DNA of 55,624 nt from contig JAWOBZ010000015.1 in NCBI GenBank assembly GCA_046484045.1, forward strand, positions 1 to 55,624. The letters run 5' to 3'. A model generated the notes under the pieces. The model saw only the letters and a list, made by a program, of their open reading frames with translations, was not told the DNA's origin and made no database searches. How positions within the stretch are numbered: the stretch's first letter is position 1; each line of letters opens with the position of its first letter. Positions 47,165 through 55,624 of this stretch are shown here, one piece after another. The stretch is from Thermoplasmata archaeon. GTDB taxonomy: Archaea > Thermoplasmatota > Thermoplasmata > Halarchaeoplasmatales > Halarchaeoplasmataceae. A program made the translations under genes and the position numbers.

Positions 47165-49354
47165 CTAGTGAATATTTGCAGCGATGTGTGCCTGCCCTAT
47201 CGGAACACCCATGTCCCCGTTGGGTACCCCGTTGTGCACAACCAATTTATAATCCAGCTCGTTCAACCGCTCCCTTATTATCCTGACGATGGGTCTGTTG
47301 TATGAAACGCCTCCGGAGATGCCGATATTTTGTGTTCCTTTCTCCTCGGCACACCCCACGGCTCTCTCAGCTATCTTCTCCGCCACTCTGGCAACGTACG
47401 AGGCGGCTCTATCTTCCATTTTCTCATCGCTCTCCAGCATCTGGATGAAGCCATCCAATGTATGGATCGTATCTCCACTTATATCCACATCGAAATCGAT
47501 ATCCTCTTTACCCAGCATCTGATACTTTTCCAACTTCATAGCGGGTTCGCCCTGATACGTTCGCTCACATGATATGTCCAGTGCGCAGGAAACGGCATCC
47601 AATAACCGACCGAAACTGCTTGTGGAAATACTGTTCTTCATGAGCTTATCAAGTATATCTCTTTCATTGGGTTCGAATCTATCGCTTTCTATACCCCTGG
47701 ACCTCTCTATTGCATACACCAGTCTTTCCGGTTCTTCCACCGCCTTTTCCCCACCCAAAAGAGGGAATGTCTCCAGATGTCCCACCCTCTCGTATTCATC
47801 AACACTACAGTACAGTATCTCACCGCCCCAGCTCTGGCCATCTTCCCCGTATCCCGTCCCGTCAACGGCTATGCAGATCATGTCGTTCAGATCGTGCTCG
47901 AGGAGCAGCGATGCTCCATGGGCCCAGTGATGCTGTATCTCGATCACATCAGAATCGTACTGTTCTGCGTAATCGAGTCCCAATCTTCTGCTCTGATAAG
48001 ATGGATGCAGGTCCACCGCCACCCTTCCGATCTCATCGATACCCAGGATCGAAGTCAGGTATTCGTGGGTATCCTCGTAGAACTTTTTTGCGTTGTAAGA
48101 TCGTAGATCACCCAGGTACTGACTCGGGTAAAGTTTTCCATCCTTGGATAGAGCCAAACAGCCGCTTTGATCTGCTCCTGAAGCCATGACCTGTTTATCT
48201 CCGAACATAAAATAATCCGGAACGAATCCCCTAGCCCTCCTTATGATAGACAGACTATCTCCGTGTACTCTGATCAGCGAATCGTCTATACGATTGGCGA
48301 TCTTACGGTTGTGAAGCAGGAAGCAATCGAAATCGAGTTTGAAGGCTTCGTCGTTCTCGATGATCATGGGCTCACCAGGGGGGTTAGCGCTCGTCATGAC
48401 CAGGGCATCGCGGTCTATCTTATCGAACAACAAGTGGTGGAGTCCCGTGTATGGAAGCATTATCCCAACCGTGGGCAGTCCCGGTGCGGCATATTCCATC
48501 GATCTGCTGTCCATGTCCTTTTTTGTGTAGACCATTATGGGTCTTCTCGGTCCCGTTAGAACGTCTTCTCTCTCCACTTCTGCGTATTTTTTCACGGTCT
48601 CCAGATCTCTCATCATCAAAGCGAAGGGTTTCTCCTTCCTACCGTATCTATTTCTCAGTGCCGGGATCTCTTCCAGAGTGCAGATAATATGCATCCCGCC
48701 CCAGCTCTTGGCCACGCAGATCTTTCCCTGCTCCAAAAGAGCACAGAATTCATCGATACCTCCTATCTTGTTCTTCTCCTTGTCGAAGAGGACGTATCTC
48801 GGTCCGCATTTCTTACAAGATATGGTCTGGGCGTGGAACCTTCTGTCCGATGGGGCCTTGTACTCTTCCACGCACTCTTCACAGAGTGGAAAATCCTTCA
48901 TCGTAGTTTTAGCTCTATCGTAGGGCAGTCCCCGGATAGTGGAATATCTGGCTCCACAGTTCGTGCAGTTTATGAACGGAAAACCGCTCCTTCTGTCATC
49001 AGGGTTTTTCAGTTCTTCAAGGCATTCCGGGCATAGGGCGGTGTCAACGGGTATGGTCGAAGACCTTTTTTCCCCGTCCGAGCTTTTCACTATCTTGAAT
49101 GTATCGGTCTTAACCCCTTTCTCCTCGATATCGACCTCTGATATCTCGGCCAGAGGAGGTAATTCTTTTCTCAATTCTTTTAAAAATATCTCCGGATCGC
49201 CGTCGATGACCACTTCGACTTCGTTACCCAGGTTCTTGACGTGCCCCTTCAAACCGAGCTTCTCTGCAACTCGGTAAACCGTGGGACGGAACCCCACACC
49301 CTGCACCGTTCCTCTGAGTACGATCCTCATGGGCACGAAATGATTTCCTCCCAT
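47165..49354 (-). CDS. hypF: Carbamoyltransferase HypF
   Basis: VQGVGFRP acylphosphatase domain; two CxxC-x18-CxxC zinc fingers; VMTSAN; DLHP; QHHWAH; DGTGYG. Start may be 49330. Confidence 0.93.
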   Translation of the reverse strand: MGGNHFVPMRIVLRGTVQGVGFRPTVYRVAEKLGLKGHVKNLGNEVEVVIDGDPEIFLKELRKELPPLAEISEVDIEEKGVKTDTFKIVKSSDGEKRSSTIPVDTALCPECLEELKNPDDRRSGFPFINCTNCGARYSTIRGLPYDRAKTTMKDFPLCEECVEEYKAPSDRRFHAQTISCKKCGPRYVLFDKEKNKIGGIDEFCALLEQGKICVAKSWGGMHIICTLEEIPALRNRYGRKEKPFALMMRDLETVKKYAEVEREDVLTGPRRPIMVYTKKDMDSRSMEYAAPGLPTVGIMLPYTGLHHLLFDKIDRDALVMTSANPPGEPMIIENDEAFKLDFDCFLLHNRKIANRIDDSLIRVHGDSLSIIRRARGFVPDYFMFGDKQVMASGADQSGCLALSKDGKLYPSQYLGDLRSYNAKKFYEDTHEYLTSILGIDEIGRVAVDLHPSYQSRRLGLDYAEQYDSDVIEIQHHWAHGASLLLEHDLNDMICIAVDGTGYGEDGQSWGGEILYCSVDEYERVGHLETFPLLGGEKAVEEPERLVYAIERSRGIESDRFEPNERDILDKLMKNSISTSSFGRLLDAVSCALDISCERTYQGEPAMKLEKYQMLGKEDIDFDVDISGDTIHTLDGFIQMLESDEKMEDRAASYVARVAEKIAERAVGCAEEKGTQNIGISGGVSYNRPIVRIIRERLNELDYKLVVHNGVPNGDMGVPIGQAHIAANIH

Positions 49355-49407
49355 TTTTATACTTATCCATCCAAAAACTTTTATTCGATGTAAAACTGCC
49401 TGAATCG

Positions 49408-50055
49408 ATGATATGTGGAGTGGACGAAGCAGGCAGGGGTCCCGTCATAGGACCCTTGGTAGTCGCCGGTGTTTGTTTGAAGGAAGATAAAAAACTGATC
49501 GAGATGAAGGTCAAGGACTCGAAGAGGCACACGGCCAACAGGAGAGAAGAACTAGCCAAGGAGATCTACAAGATGGGCGGATGTGCCGTCAGGGTGATCC
49601 CCGCCGAGGATATCGACGCCCTGCGCACCCAGATGACCATGAACGTGATGGAAGCAGATTTTTTTTCATCCATAATAAACGAACTGTGCTCCGAAGGAGA
49701 TACGGTCTACGTGGATTCTGCGTCAGCCAACGAGAAAAATTTTGCCCGTATGATAGAGGGAAAATTGGATGTCGATGTGGACCTCATATCAGAGCACAAA
49801 GCCGACGATAACTACCCGGTGGTTTCCGCCGCATCTATATGTGCCAAGGTGAGGAGGGACGAGGAAGTCAAGAAGATAGAAGAGAAGCTCGGTGAAGATA
49901 TCGGGAGTGGATACCCTTCGGACCCCAATACGAGACGGTTCTTGAAAAAATGGATAGGAAAAAAAGGTGAACTACCCCCTTATGTGAGAAGGTCTTGGAA
50001 GACCTGTCAAGATCTGATGACCCTTCATAAGACGAAAAAATTGGACGATTTTTAG
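49408..50055 (+). CDS. rnhB: Ribonuclease HII
   Basis: GVDEAGRGPVIGP, DSK, VSAASICAKV, GSGYPSDP; PIP-like KKLDDF. Confidence 0.95.
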   Translation: MICGVDEAGRGPVIGPLVVAGVCLKEDKKLIEMKVKDSKRHTANRREELAKEIYKMGGCAVRVIPAEDIDALRTQMTMNVMEADFFSSIINELCSEGDTVYVDSASANEKNFARMIEGKLDVDVDLISEHKADDNYPVVSAASICAKVRRDEEVKKIEEKLGEDIGSGYPSDPNTRRFLKKWIGKKGELPPYVRRSWKTCQDLMTLHKTKKLDDF

Positions 50056-50107
50056 AAAGAAACCTTTTTTACTCACCTCCGATTATGGGCATTAAAAGTT
50101 GATTGCC

Positions 50108-50455
50108 ATGACAGACAAAGACGAGATGAAAGACCAGCTTCAAAAGATGATCGAGGAGTTCCGTGGCCGTATAGAAGAGAGCGAGAAATTACAGAAAAAG
50201 TTGGACGGATTCGAGCGAAACGTTTCCATTCTTTTCGAAGACGATGGGAATTTTCATTTTTCTATCTCTGAGTGTGATGTGGGTGATATAAAGGAGGGAG
50301 ATTACAAGAAGTCCGAGATAGTCATCAAGACGGATACTGAAACATTCAATGCATTGATAGAGAAAGAGATGAAACCCATGGAAGCATACGCGCGTAAAAA
50401 GGTCAAGATCGACGCATCTTTCTTAGATATGCTGAAGATCAAAGATATGTTCTAA
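50108..50455 (+). CDS. SCP2 sterol-carrier-domain protein
   Basis: IVIKTDTETFNALI..PMEAYARKKVKIDA pattern. Confidence 0.8.
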   Translation: MTDKDEMKDQLQKMIEEFRGRIEESEKLQKKLDGFERNVSILFEDDGNFHFSISECDVGDIKEGDYKKSEIVIKTDTETFNALIEKEMKPMEAYARKKVKIDASFLDMLKIKDMF

Positions 50456-51747
50456 CTGTAAAGATGGGATTTATCATCCGGTAGTTTCATAAATTCCCTG
50501 AGTAGTGTTGTCGCATAGGTACCTTTTAGAAGGGTGAATTTGATGTTGAAACAATCTGGTTCGACACTCCAATTCAGATCGTGAACCGGAGCGAAGATAG
50601 ATCTTCTTGTACCCTTGGAAGAAAGATTAGAAATCTCTGGAATCACAAAATCTCTTTTATCTATGTTTTCCTTTTCTATTATTTCCTTCTCGATCTCACC
50701 CTGTTCCCCCTCGGAGAATTTAGAGCTGAAGCCGAACAAAGGAGCACTCACGTAAGCCTTTCCCCCCCTCACCATATTAGACGCCTTTTCCAGATTTCTA
50801 TCGGTTATATGGACGGGTGTATCAACATTTGGAGCCCCGTTCCTGTCAGCAGGCAGAAGTATATCTCCTGCAAGCGCATCCTTCAAGGGAAGTCCCTTCT
50901 GTAATCTTCTGCTCAGCATCTTGTTGAAAAGATATGACTGATATGCGTGGACGAACATCTTGAGTAGGTTATCCGGCAGTTCCTGTAGTGCCCCGATATA
51001 ATCTTCGGTTTTTTTGGCAAGATAGTGGATCATCGACCTCTCGAAGGTGAGTATTTTTGGATAGTTAGAAAGTGCTTCTTTGTAATCCCACGTTTCTTCC
51101 AATCGTTCCCTCGCTTCCCTGCACCCCCCGCTCTCGCTTTCCATAGGATTCGCTATGTACATCTTAACCGCTCCTTGAAAATCACCCATTATCAATTTTT
51201 TTCCCACAAGGTGGGTTATAGGTCTAAGAGTGCCGAAGCGCTGGACGCCGAAATAATTGGGGAATCCACCGATATCTTGGATCTCGCTACCGATGGAGTC
51301 CGTCCTCTTTTTTATCTCATCATGAGTCAGATCGATCTCTCTCACCTTGATATCGAAGGTGTTGGATTCGTGGGCTCCGATGTACAGCGGTCTGTGTGAT
51401 CTTCTGATATCCGATATCTCTACATCCTTAAGGTCGATGATATCTAGATCATCTGGTTCCGTGTGAAAAGACATCCATTGGGTGGTCACCGCTCTCTTGT
51501 CCTTGGTGCCTGCGAAGGAGATACCCCTTCTGCTGATACCCAAGAGCTTGGAAAAACGCCTGACCAAGCGGTTCGTTTCCCAGTTCCTGCTCCATACCTT
51601 GGCTATGGTGTATTCGCCTTCACTTTCCTCTATCTTGTCTTTATCGATGTTTTCCTCAACTTGAAAATCCTCGGGATACTTTTTCAGTCGTCCTCCTATG
51701 CCGGGAATGGACGTATAAAACAGCTCTATCCCAACCTCTCGTTCCAT
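50452..51747 (-). CDS. truD: tRNA pseudouridine(13) synthase
   Basis: PEDFQVEE, AGTKDKRAVTTQ, PNYFGVQRFG, KGTYATTLLREF. Start at ATG 51747 or the upstream TTG. Confidence 0.95.
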   Translation of the reverse strand: MEREVGIELFYTSIPGIGGRLKKYPEDFQVEENIDKDKIEESEGEYTIAKVWSRNWETNRLVRRFSKLLGISRRGISFAGTKDKRAVTTQWMSFHTEPDDLDIIDLKDVEISDIRRSHRPLYIGAHESNTFDIKVREIDLTHDEIKKRTDSIGSEIQDIGGFPNYFGVQRFGTLRPITHLVGKKLIMGDFQGAVKMYIANPMESESGGCREARERLEETWDYKEALSNYPKILTFERSMIHYLAKKTEDYIGALQELPDNLLKMFVHAYQSYLFNKMLSRRLQKGLPLKDALAGDILLPADRNGAPNVDTPVHITDRNLEKASNMVRGGKAYVSAPLFGFSSKFSEGEQGEIEKEIIEKENIDKRDFVIPEISNLSSKGTRRSIFAPVHDLNWSVEPDCFNIKFTLLKGTYATTLLREFMKLPDDKSHLYS

Positions 51748-51786
51748 CTTTATCTTCCCTTGAACACCAGGGTCCAATTATTGGAA

Positions 51787-52062
51787 TCATTCTTCTTCGA
51801 ACAGTTCTTCGAAGACATCTGAGAATTGCTCCTGGATGGCTTTCGCATTGTCCACCAGGATCTCTTTCGGATCCTTTCCTTTTTTGGCCTTGAGAGATAA
51901 TACTGGATCGTCGAGTTCCTGATGCTCAACGGAGTAATTCGCTTCCTCGACCCTATCATCGGATAACAACTGCTCCATGATGGGATACATAACACTCGCA
52001 TCGGCATCTAAAATCTTTATCTGGAGACTGTTTTCCGTTTTTTCCAAAACGTTGAATTCCAT
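51787..52062 (-). CDS. rpoL: RNA polymerase subunit L (Rpo11)
   Basis: 91 aa; RpoL-like pattern LLSDDRVEEANYSVEH..DPVL. Confidence 0.75.
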   Translation of the reverse strand: MEFNVLEKTENSLQIKILDADASVMYPIMEQLLSDDRVEEANYSVEHQELDDPVLSLKAKKGKDPKEILVDNAKAIQEQFSDVFEELFEEE

Positions 52063-52114
52063 GTTATCACTTTTCCCGAGTTATCATCGGATTACTTAAA
52101 AGTATTGGTGGTTG

Positions 52115-53380
52115 TTAATTCAGGTAGTCCTTCAAAATTTTGAATGCACATACGTCTCCACACATGGAGCAGGCATCCTCATCGCTTGGATTCTTTTCCT
52201 CTCTGAATCTCTTTGCCTTATCTGGATCTACTACTTTATCGAACATGTTGTCCCAATTCAGGTCCTTCCTAGCCTTGGATACGTCATCGTCTATATCTCT
52301 GTCTATTCCCCTCGCCAGATCGGCGGCATGGGCAGCGATTTTACTCGCGATGGTACCTTTTTTTACATCGTCGACATCGGGAAGCCCCAGGTGTTCGGCT
52401 GGGGTCACATAACAAAGGAAATCCGCGCCGTGATATGCAGCCAGTGCGCCTCCTATAGCTCCTGTGATATGATCATAACCCGGTGCGAAATCCGTGACCA
52501 ACGGTCCGAGTACGTAGAAGGGTGCCCCGTCACAGATCTCCTTTTCTATCTTGACGTTCGTCTCGATCTGGTCCAATGGTACATGCCCGGGCCCCTCTAC
52601 CATCACCTGGACCTTATCCTCTCTAGCCCTTTTTACCAGTTCCCCTAATGTTATTAGTTCCTGTATCTGGGGCCTATCGGTGGCATCCGCTATGGATCCG
52701 GGTCTAAAACCGTCCCCCAGACTTAGTGTAAGATCGTATTCCCGTGCGATCTCCAATAGATAATCGAACTCGGAATAGAGGGGGTTTTCCTCCTCGTTGT
52801 GAAGTATCCATGCCGCGAGAAATGACCCACCACGGCTGACCACGTCGGTGAGCCTTCCACTTTCTTTCAAGCTCTCGACAGCAGCTTTAGTCACACCGCA
52901 GTGAACCGTGACGAAGTCCACCCCGTCTTCTGCGTGCAGCCTGATGCTGTCGAAGATATCGTCGGAGCTCATATCCACCACCGCGCTCTCCCTTGCCTTC
53001 TTCAGTCCACATTGGTATATCGGTACGGTACCTATAGGGAGTTTTGTGCTCTTAATTATAGTCCTTCGGATCTTATCTATATCGCCTCCCGTGCTAAGAT
53101 CCATCACTGTATCTGCACCATATTTCTCCGCCACCTTCACCTTTTCCAATTCAGACTCAAGATCGTGCCGATCATTTGAAGTCCCGAGGTTTACGTTAAC
53201 CTTGATCTTCAATCCCCTGCCTATGGGTTTTGGGACTGGATCATGAATTATGTTCCTGGGTATTACGGCGAGTCCGTCAGCGACCAACCTAGAAAGCTCT
53301 TGTGGATCCAAAGGTTCTTCGGAAGCCGCCCTTTTCACGTACTCGGGCACCCCCTTTTCGCATTCTTCAATCAGAGTCAT
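52115..53380 (-). CDS. thiC: Phosphomethylpyrimidine synthase (ThiC family)
   Basis: MDLSTGG, GTVPIYQ, SRGGS, EGPGH, YVTPAEHL, CSMCGDVC. BzaA/B paralogy is not excluded. Confidence 0.88.
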   Translation of the reverse strand: MTLIEECEKGVPEYVKRAASEEPLDPQELSRLVADGLAVIPRNIIHDPVPKPIGRGLKIKVNVNLGTSNDRHDLESELEKVKVAEKYGADTVMDLSTGGDIDKIRRTIIKSTKLPIGTVPIYQCGLKKARESAVVDMSSDDIFDSIRLHAEDGVDFVTVHCGVTKAAVESLKESGRLTDVVSRGGSFLAAWILHNEEENPLYSEFDYLLEIAREYDLTLSLGDGFRPGSIADATDRPQIQELITLGELVKRAREDKVQVMVEGPGHVPLDQIETNVKIEKEICDGAPFYVLGPLVTDFAPGYDHITGAIGGALAAYHGADFLCYVTPAEHLGLPDVDDVKKGTIASKIAAHAADLARGIDRDIDDDVSKARKDLNWDNMFDKVVDPDKAKRFREEKNPSDEDACSMCGDVCAFKILKDYLN

Positions 53381-53534
53381 CGATTTTCCATGATATATAC
53401 ATACATAAAATCTTTTGGATAGTTTTTTATATCTGCAGATTTTACCCCGGGAGTGTTTTTAGTTTTTATTTAATATTCAATGTAAAAAACTAAATAGATA
53501 CTATGTTTTTTACTATAATCAAGAGGTGCTCACA

Positions 53535-55624
53535 TTGCCAGAAGAAGAAACAATAGTCTGCCCAGTATGTGACTCAAAAATACCTGCCGAATCAGACAAA
53601 TGCCCTGTTTGCGGTGTAGACCTTAACCTATTCGATTTAACGGATGAAATAGAAACCGGTGAGCCAGATGAAGATATTAGAGGGATGATAGATACGTTAG
53701 AAGGGGATGTAGAAGATGAAGAACTCATCGAAACCATCAAGAACATCGGAGGAGGGGGCGCAGAACCTGGAGAAGTGGAAGAGGGTAGAGAAGAAAGTTT
53801 TGATGCAGTCGAGGAAGAGATAGAAGAGGAATTGGATCTAGAACTTGAAGAAGGCAAAGAGGAAGGCGAAGAAATGGAGGAGGGAGTTGAAGAGGAAATA
53901 GATGAGGCTGAATTGATCGTCTTCGAATGTCCAGAGTGCGGTGCAGAGGTGCCAGAAGACGCTGACAAATGTCCCTCTTGCGGTATTGAGTTCGCAGAAA
54001 CCGAAGAATTTGAAGAAGACGTAGAAGAGGAAGAGATCGACTCTGAACTCGTAGAACGATTCGAAGGTGAGCTGGATGAAGCCAGATCCAAAATATCTGA
54101 TCTAAGAGACACAAAGATCGATATCACGGAAATCAAAACCCTTCTTAGACAAGCTGTACAAGAGAAGAAAGCTGAGAATTACGAAAAAGGATTGGAACTG
54201 CTGGAAGAAATACATAAACATTCGGAACAGGTCTTCGAAATCTTCGATAAGATCAAGGAATGTAAAAGCAAGATATTAGACATGAAAGACATGGGTATCG
54301 CCTACGAAGAGGAAATCGAAAAACTTAAAGAGGCCAAAAAGATAGCTGACGAAGGGGATCACTTAAAATCGATCGAATATCTAGATTCACTGCACGAAAA
54401 TTGTGATGAGCAGATATCTAAGAAAAAAGAAGAAGAGGAAGAGAGAGCCGCAGAAAGTGAAGAAGAAGAGAAGGAAAAATCTAAGATCAAAAAAGAGCTG
54501 GATCAGCAGATAAAAGTGGCAAAAGACAAGTTCTCCCAGATAAAGGAAACCAAATTCAACCTGGATAACGTAAAAAATTTGATAAGGATCTCCATGAAAG
54601 CTAGGAAGGAAGGGGACTATGTAGATGCACTTAATACCATAGAAGATTTCAACACAAAGGCGGACAAGATACTGAAGCTCAACGAAAAGTTCCAAGAGGC
54701 GAAGGAAAAGATCAAGGAACTAAACAAAGAGGGGATTGATTACAAACCATATCTGAAGGCATTAAAAAACACAAAGGAAAAGGTCGATAACGGTGAATAT
54801 GAAGTGGCTATGAGCATTTTATACAGTACGATAGAGAAGATCCAAGAGCAACTGCATCATGCAGAGGTAGAAGCAGAGCTGGAAGAAGAACTGGCAGTGT
54901 CTGAACAGAAAGCGGATATGATGGTGGATATAGGCGAGAAGCTCGAAGAGGCAGAGAATAATCTAGCTCAGATCTCCCACACCAAGATACACACCGATGA
55001 ATTGGAAATGGAGATAGAAGACGTTCATATGCTCAAAGCAGAGAAAAGATATGAAGAGGCCTTGGAAAAAGTTGAGGATGTAGTGGAAGAAACGGAGAAA
55101 ATTCTAAGGGTTATGGTGAAGATCGAAGAGGCAAAATCCAGGATACAGGAGATGAAAGACGAGGGTATAGAATATAAGAAATACCTTGAGATGATCAAGG
55201 AAGAAAAAGACAGGGCCGATAGCGGGGATTACGATGAAGCTATCTCGAAACTTGACGAACTCATTATAGGGATGGAAAAAGAACTCGCGGGGGAGATAGA
55301 AGTAGGAGAGATAGGGGAACCAGAGGTATCAGGATTAGATGAAGAGAAGGTAATAAGTGAGGAGGAAGTAGAAGCCGAAGTACCAGAGGAAAAGGAAGAA
55401 GAGATAACAGTTGCAGATATCAGAGAAAAGGCAGACGAAATAAAGGATATACTCACTCGTTCAAAAAAGCAGGGATTCGAGATCGAGGGCGGAAAGAAGA
55501 TAATAAACGACGCACTGAAGAGCACCGGTCAAAAAGACCTAGAAATGGCCTTGGAGTCACTGGAAAAGAGCAGGGATAAATTATTGAGTATATTGAAGGA
55601 TGAGATGGACGAAAAGATGGTGTC
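53535..55624 (+). CDS. Large acidic protein with two double zinc ribbons and helical repeats (partial, runs off the right edge)
   Basis: GAGGTG RBS and TTG at 53535; MPEEETIVCPVCDSKIPAESDKCPVCG...FECPECGAEVPEDADKCPSCG; open to the window end, so missing from the ORF track. Confidence 0.85.
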   Translation, partial: MPEEETIVCPVCDSKIPAESDKCPVCGVDLNLFDLTDEIETGEPDEDIRGMIDTLEGDVEDEELIETIKNIGGGGAEPGEVEEGREESFDAVEEEIEEELDLELEEGKEEGEEMEEGVEEEIDEAELIVFECPECGAEVPEDADKCPSCGIEFAETEEFEEDVEEEEIDSELVERFEGELDEARSKISDLRDTKIDITEIKTLLRQAVQEKKAENYEKGLELLEEIHKHSEQVFEIFDKIKECKSKILDMKDMGIAYEEEIEKLKEAKKIADEGDHLKSIEYLDSLHENCDEQISKKKEEEEERAAESEEEEKEKSKIKKELDQQIKVAKDKFSQIKETKFNLDNVKNLIRISMKARKEGDYVDALNTIEDFNTKADKILKLNEKFQEAKEKIKELNKEGIDYKPYLKALKNTKEKVDNGEYEVAMSILYSTIEKIQEQLHHAEVEAELEEELAVSEQKADMMVDIGEKLEEAENNLAQISHTKIHTDELEMEIEDVHMLKAEKRYEEALEKVEDVVEETEKILRVMVKIEEAKSRIQEMKDEGIEYKKYLEMIKEEKDRADSGDYDEAISKLDELIIGMEKELAGEIEVGEIGEPEVSGLDEEKVISEEEVEAEVPEEKEEEITVADIREKADEIKDILTRSKKQGFEIEGGKKIINDALKSTGQKDLEMALESLEKSRDKLLSILKDEMDEKMV

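Noticed and set aside
53381-53534. TPP riboswitch upstream of thiC; also a 10-bp inverted repeat at 53458-53494
   Set aside because: No TPP aptamer consensus; the inverted repeat is low-complexity A/T sequence.
53519-55525. Minus-strand Ser/Phe/Leu-rich ORFs in the track
   Set aside because: Antisense shadows of the Glu/Lys-rich plus-strand ORF; the same applies to most short overlapping ORFs elsewhere in the track.
1-55624. CRISPR arrays, tRNA/rRNA genes, integrase or att repeats, inteins
   Set aside because: No repeat-spacer periodicity, cloverleaf, recombinase or intein-sized insertion was seen by eye; not verified computationally.

Overview
Gene-dense archaeal chromosomal segment. Markers include RadA, Hel308, RpoL, archease, archaeal RibC/RibL and a SAMP/MoaD-like protein. 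Gene content and the strongly acidic proteins suggest a salt-adapted Thermoplasmatota lineage (inference). From left to right: the probable end of an IS/transposase; a three-gene HTH/Sm-like operon divergent from a ubiquitin-like protein; a large beta-helix surface protein; an MTA/MTI purine-salvage operon; a peptide ABC transporter with an enlarged OppC; hel308 and a PUA protein; a ~13.4 kb accessory arsenic/metal/thiol-redox island (Acr3, ArsP-type permeases, thioredoxins, a CcdA fusion, four HTH regulators, a YcaQ/AlkZ glycosylase, a putative type IV TA pair); pgi/pmi and ribB-ribL-ribC-ribH; a beta-CASP nuclease, PPC protein, archease and radA; a candidate ~100-nt structured ncRNA; two tandem P-type ATPases with non-canonical ion-binding motifs; hypF, rnhB, SCP2, truD, rpoL and thiC; and a long zinc-ribbon/helical-repeat ORF that runs off the right edge and is absent from the ORF track. 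No rRNA, tRNA or CRISPR array was seen. All calls come from reading motifs by eye; no database searches or folding computations were run.
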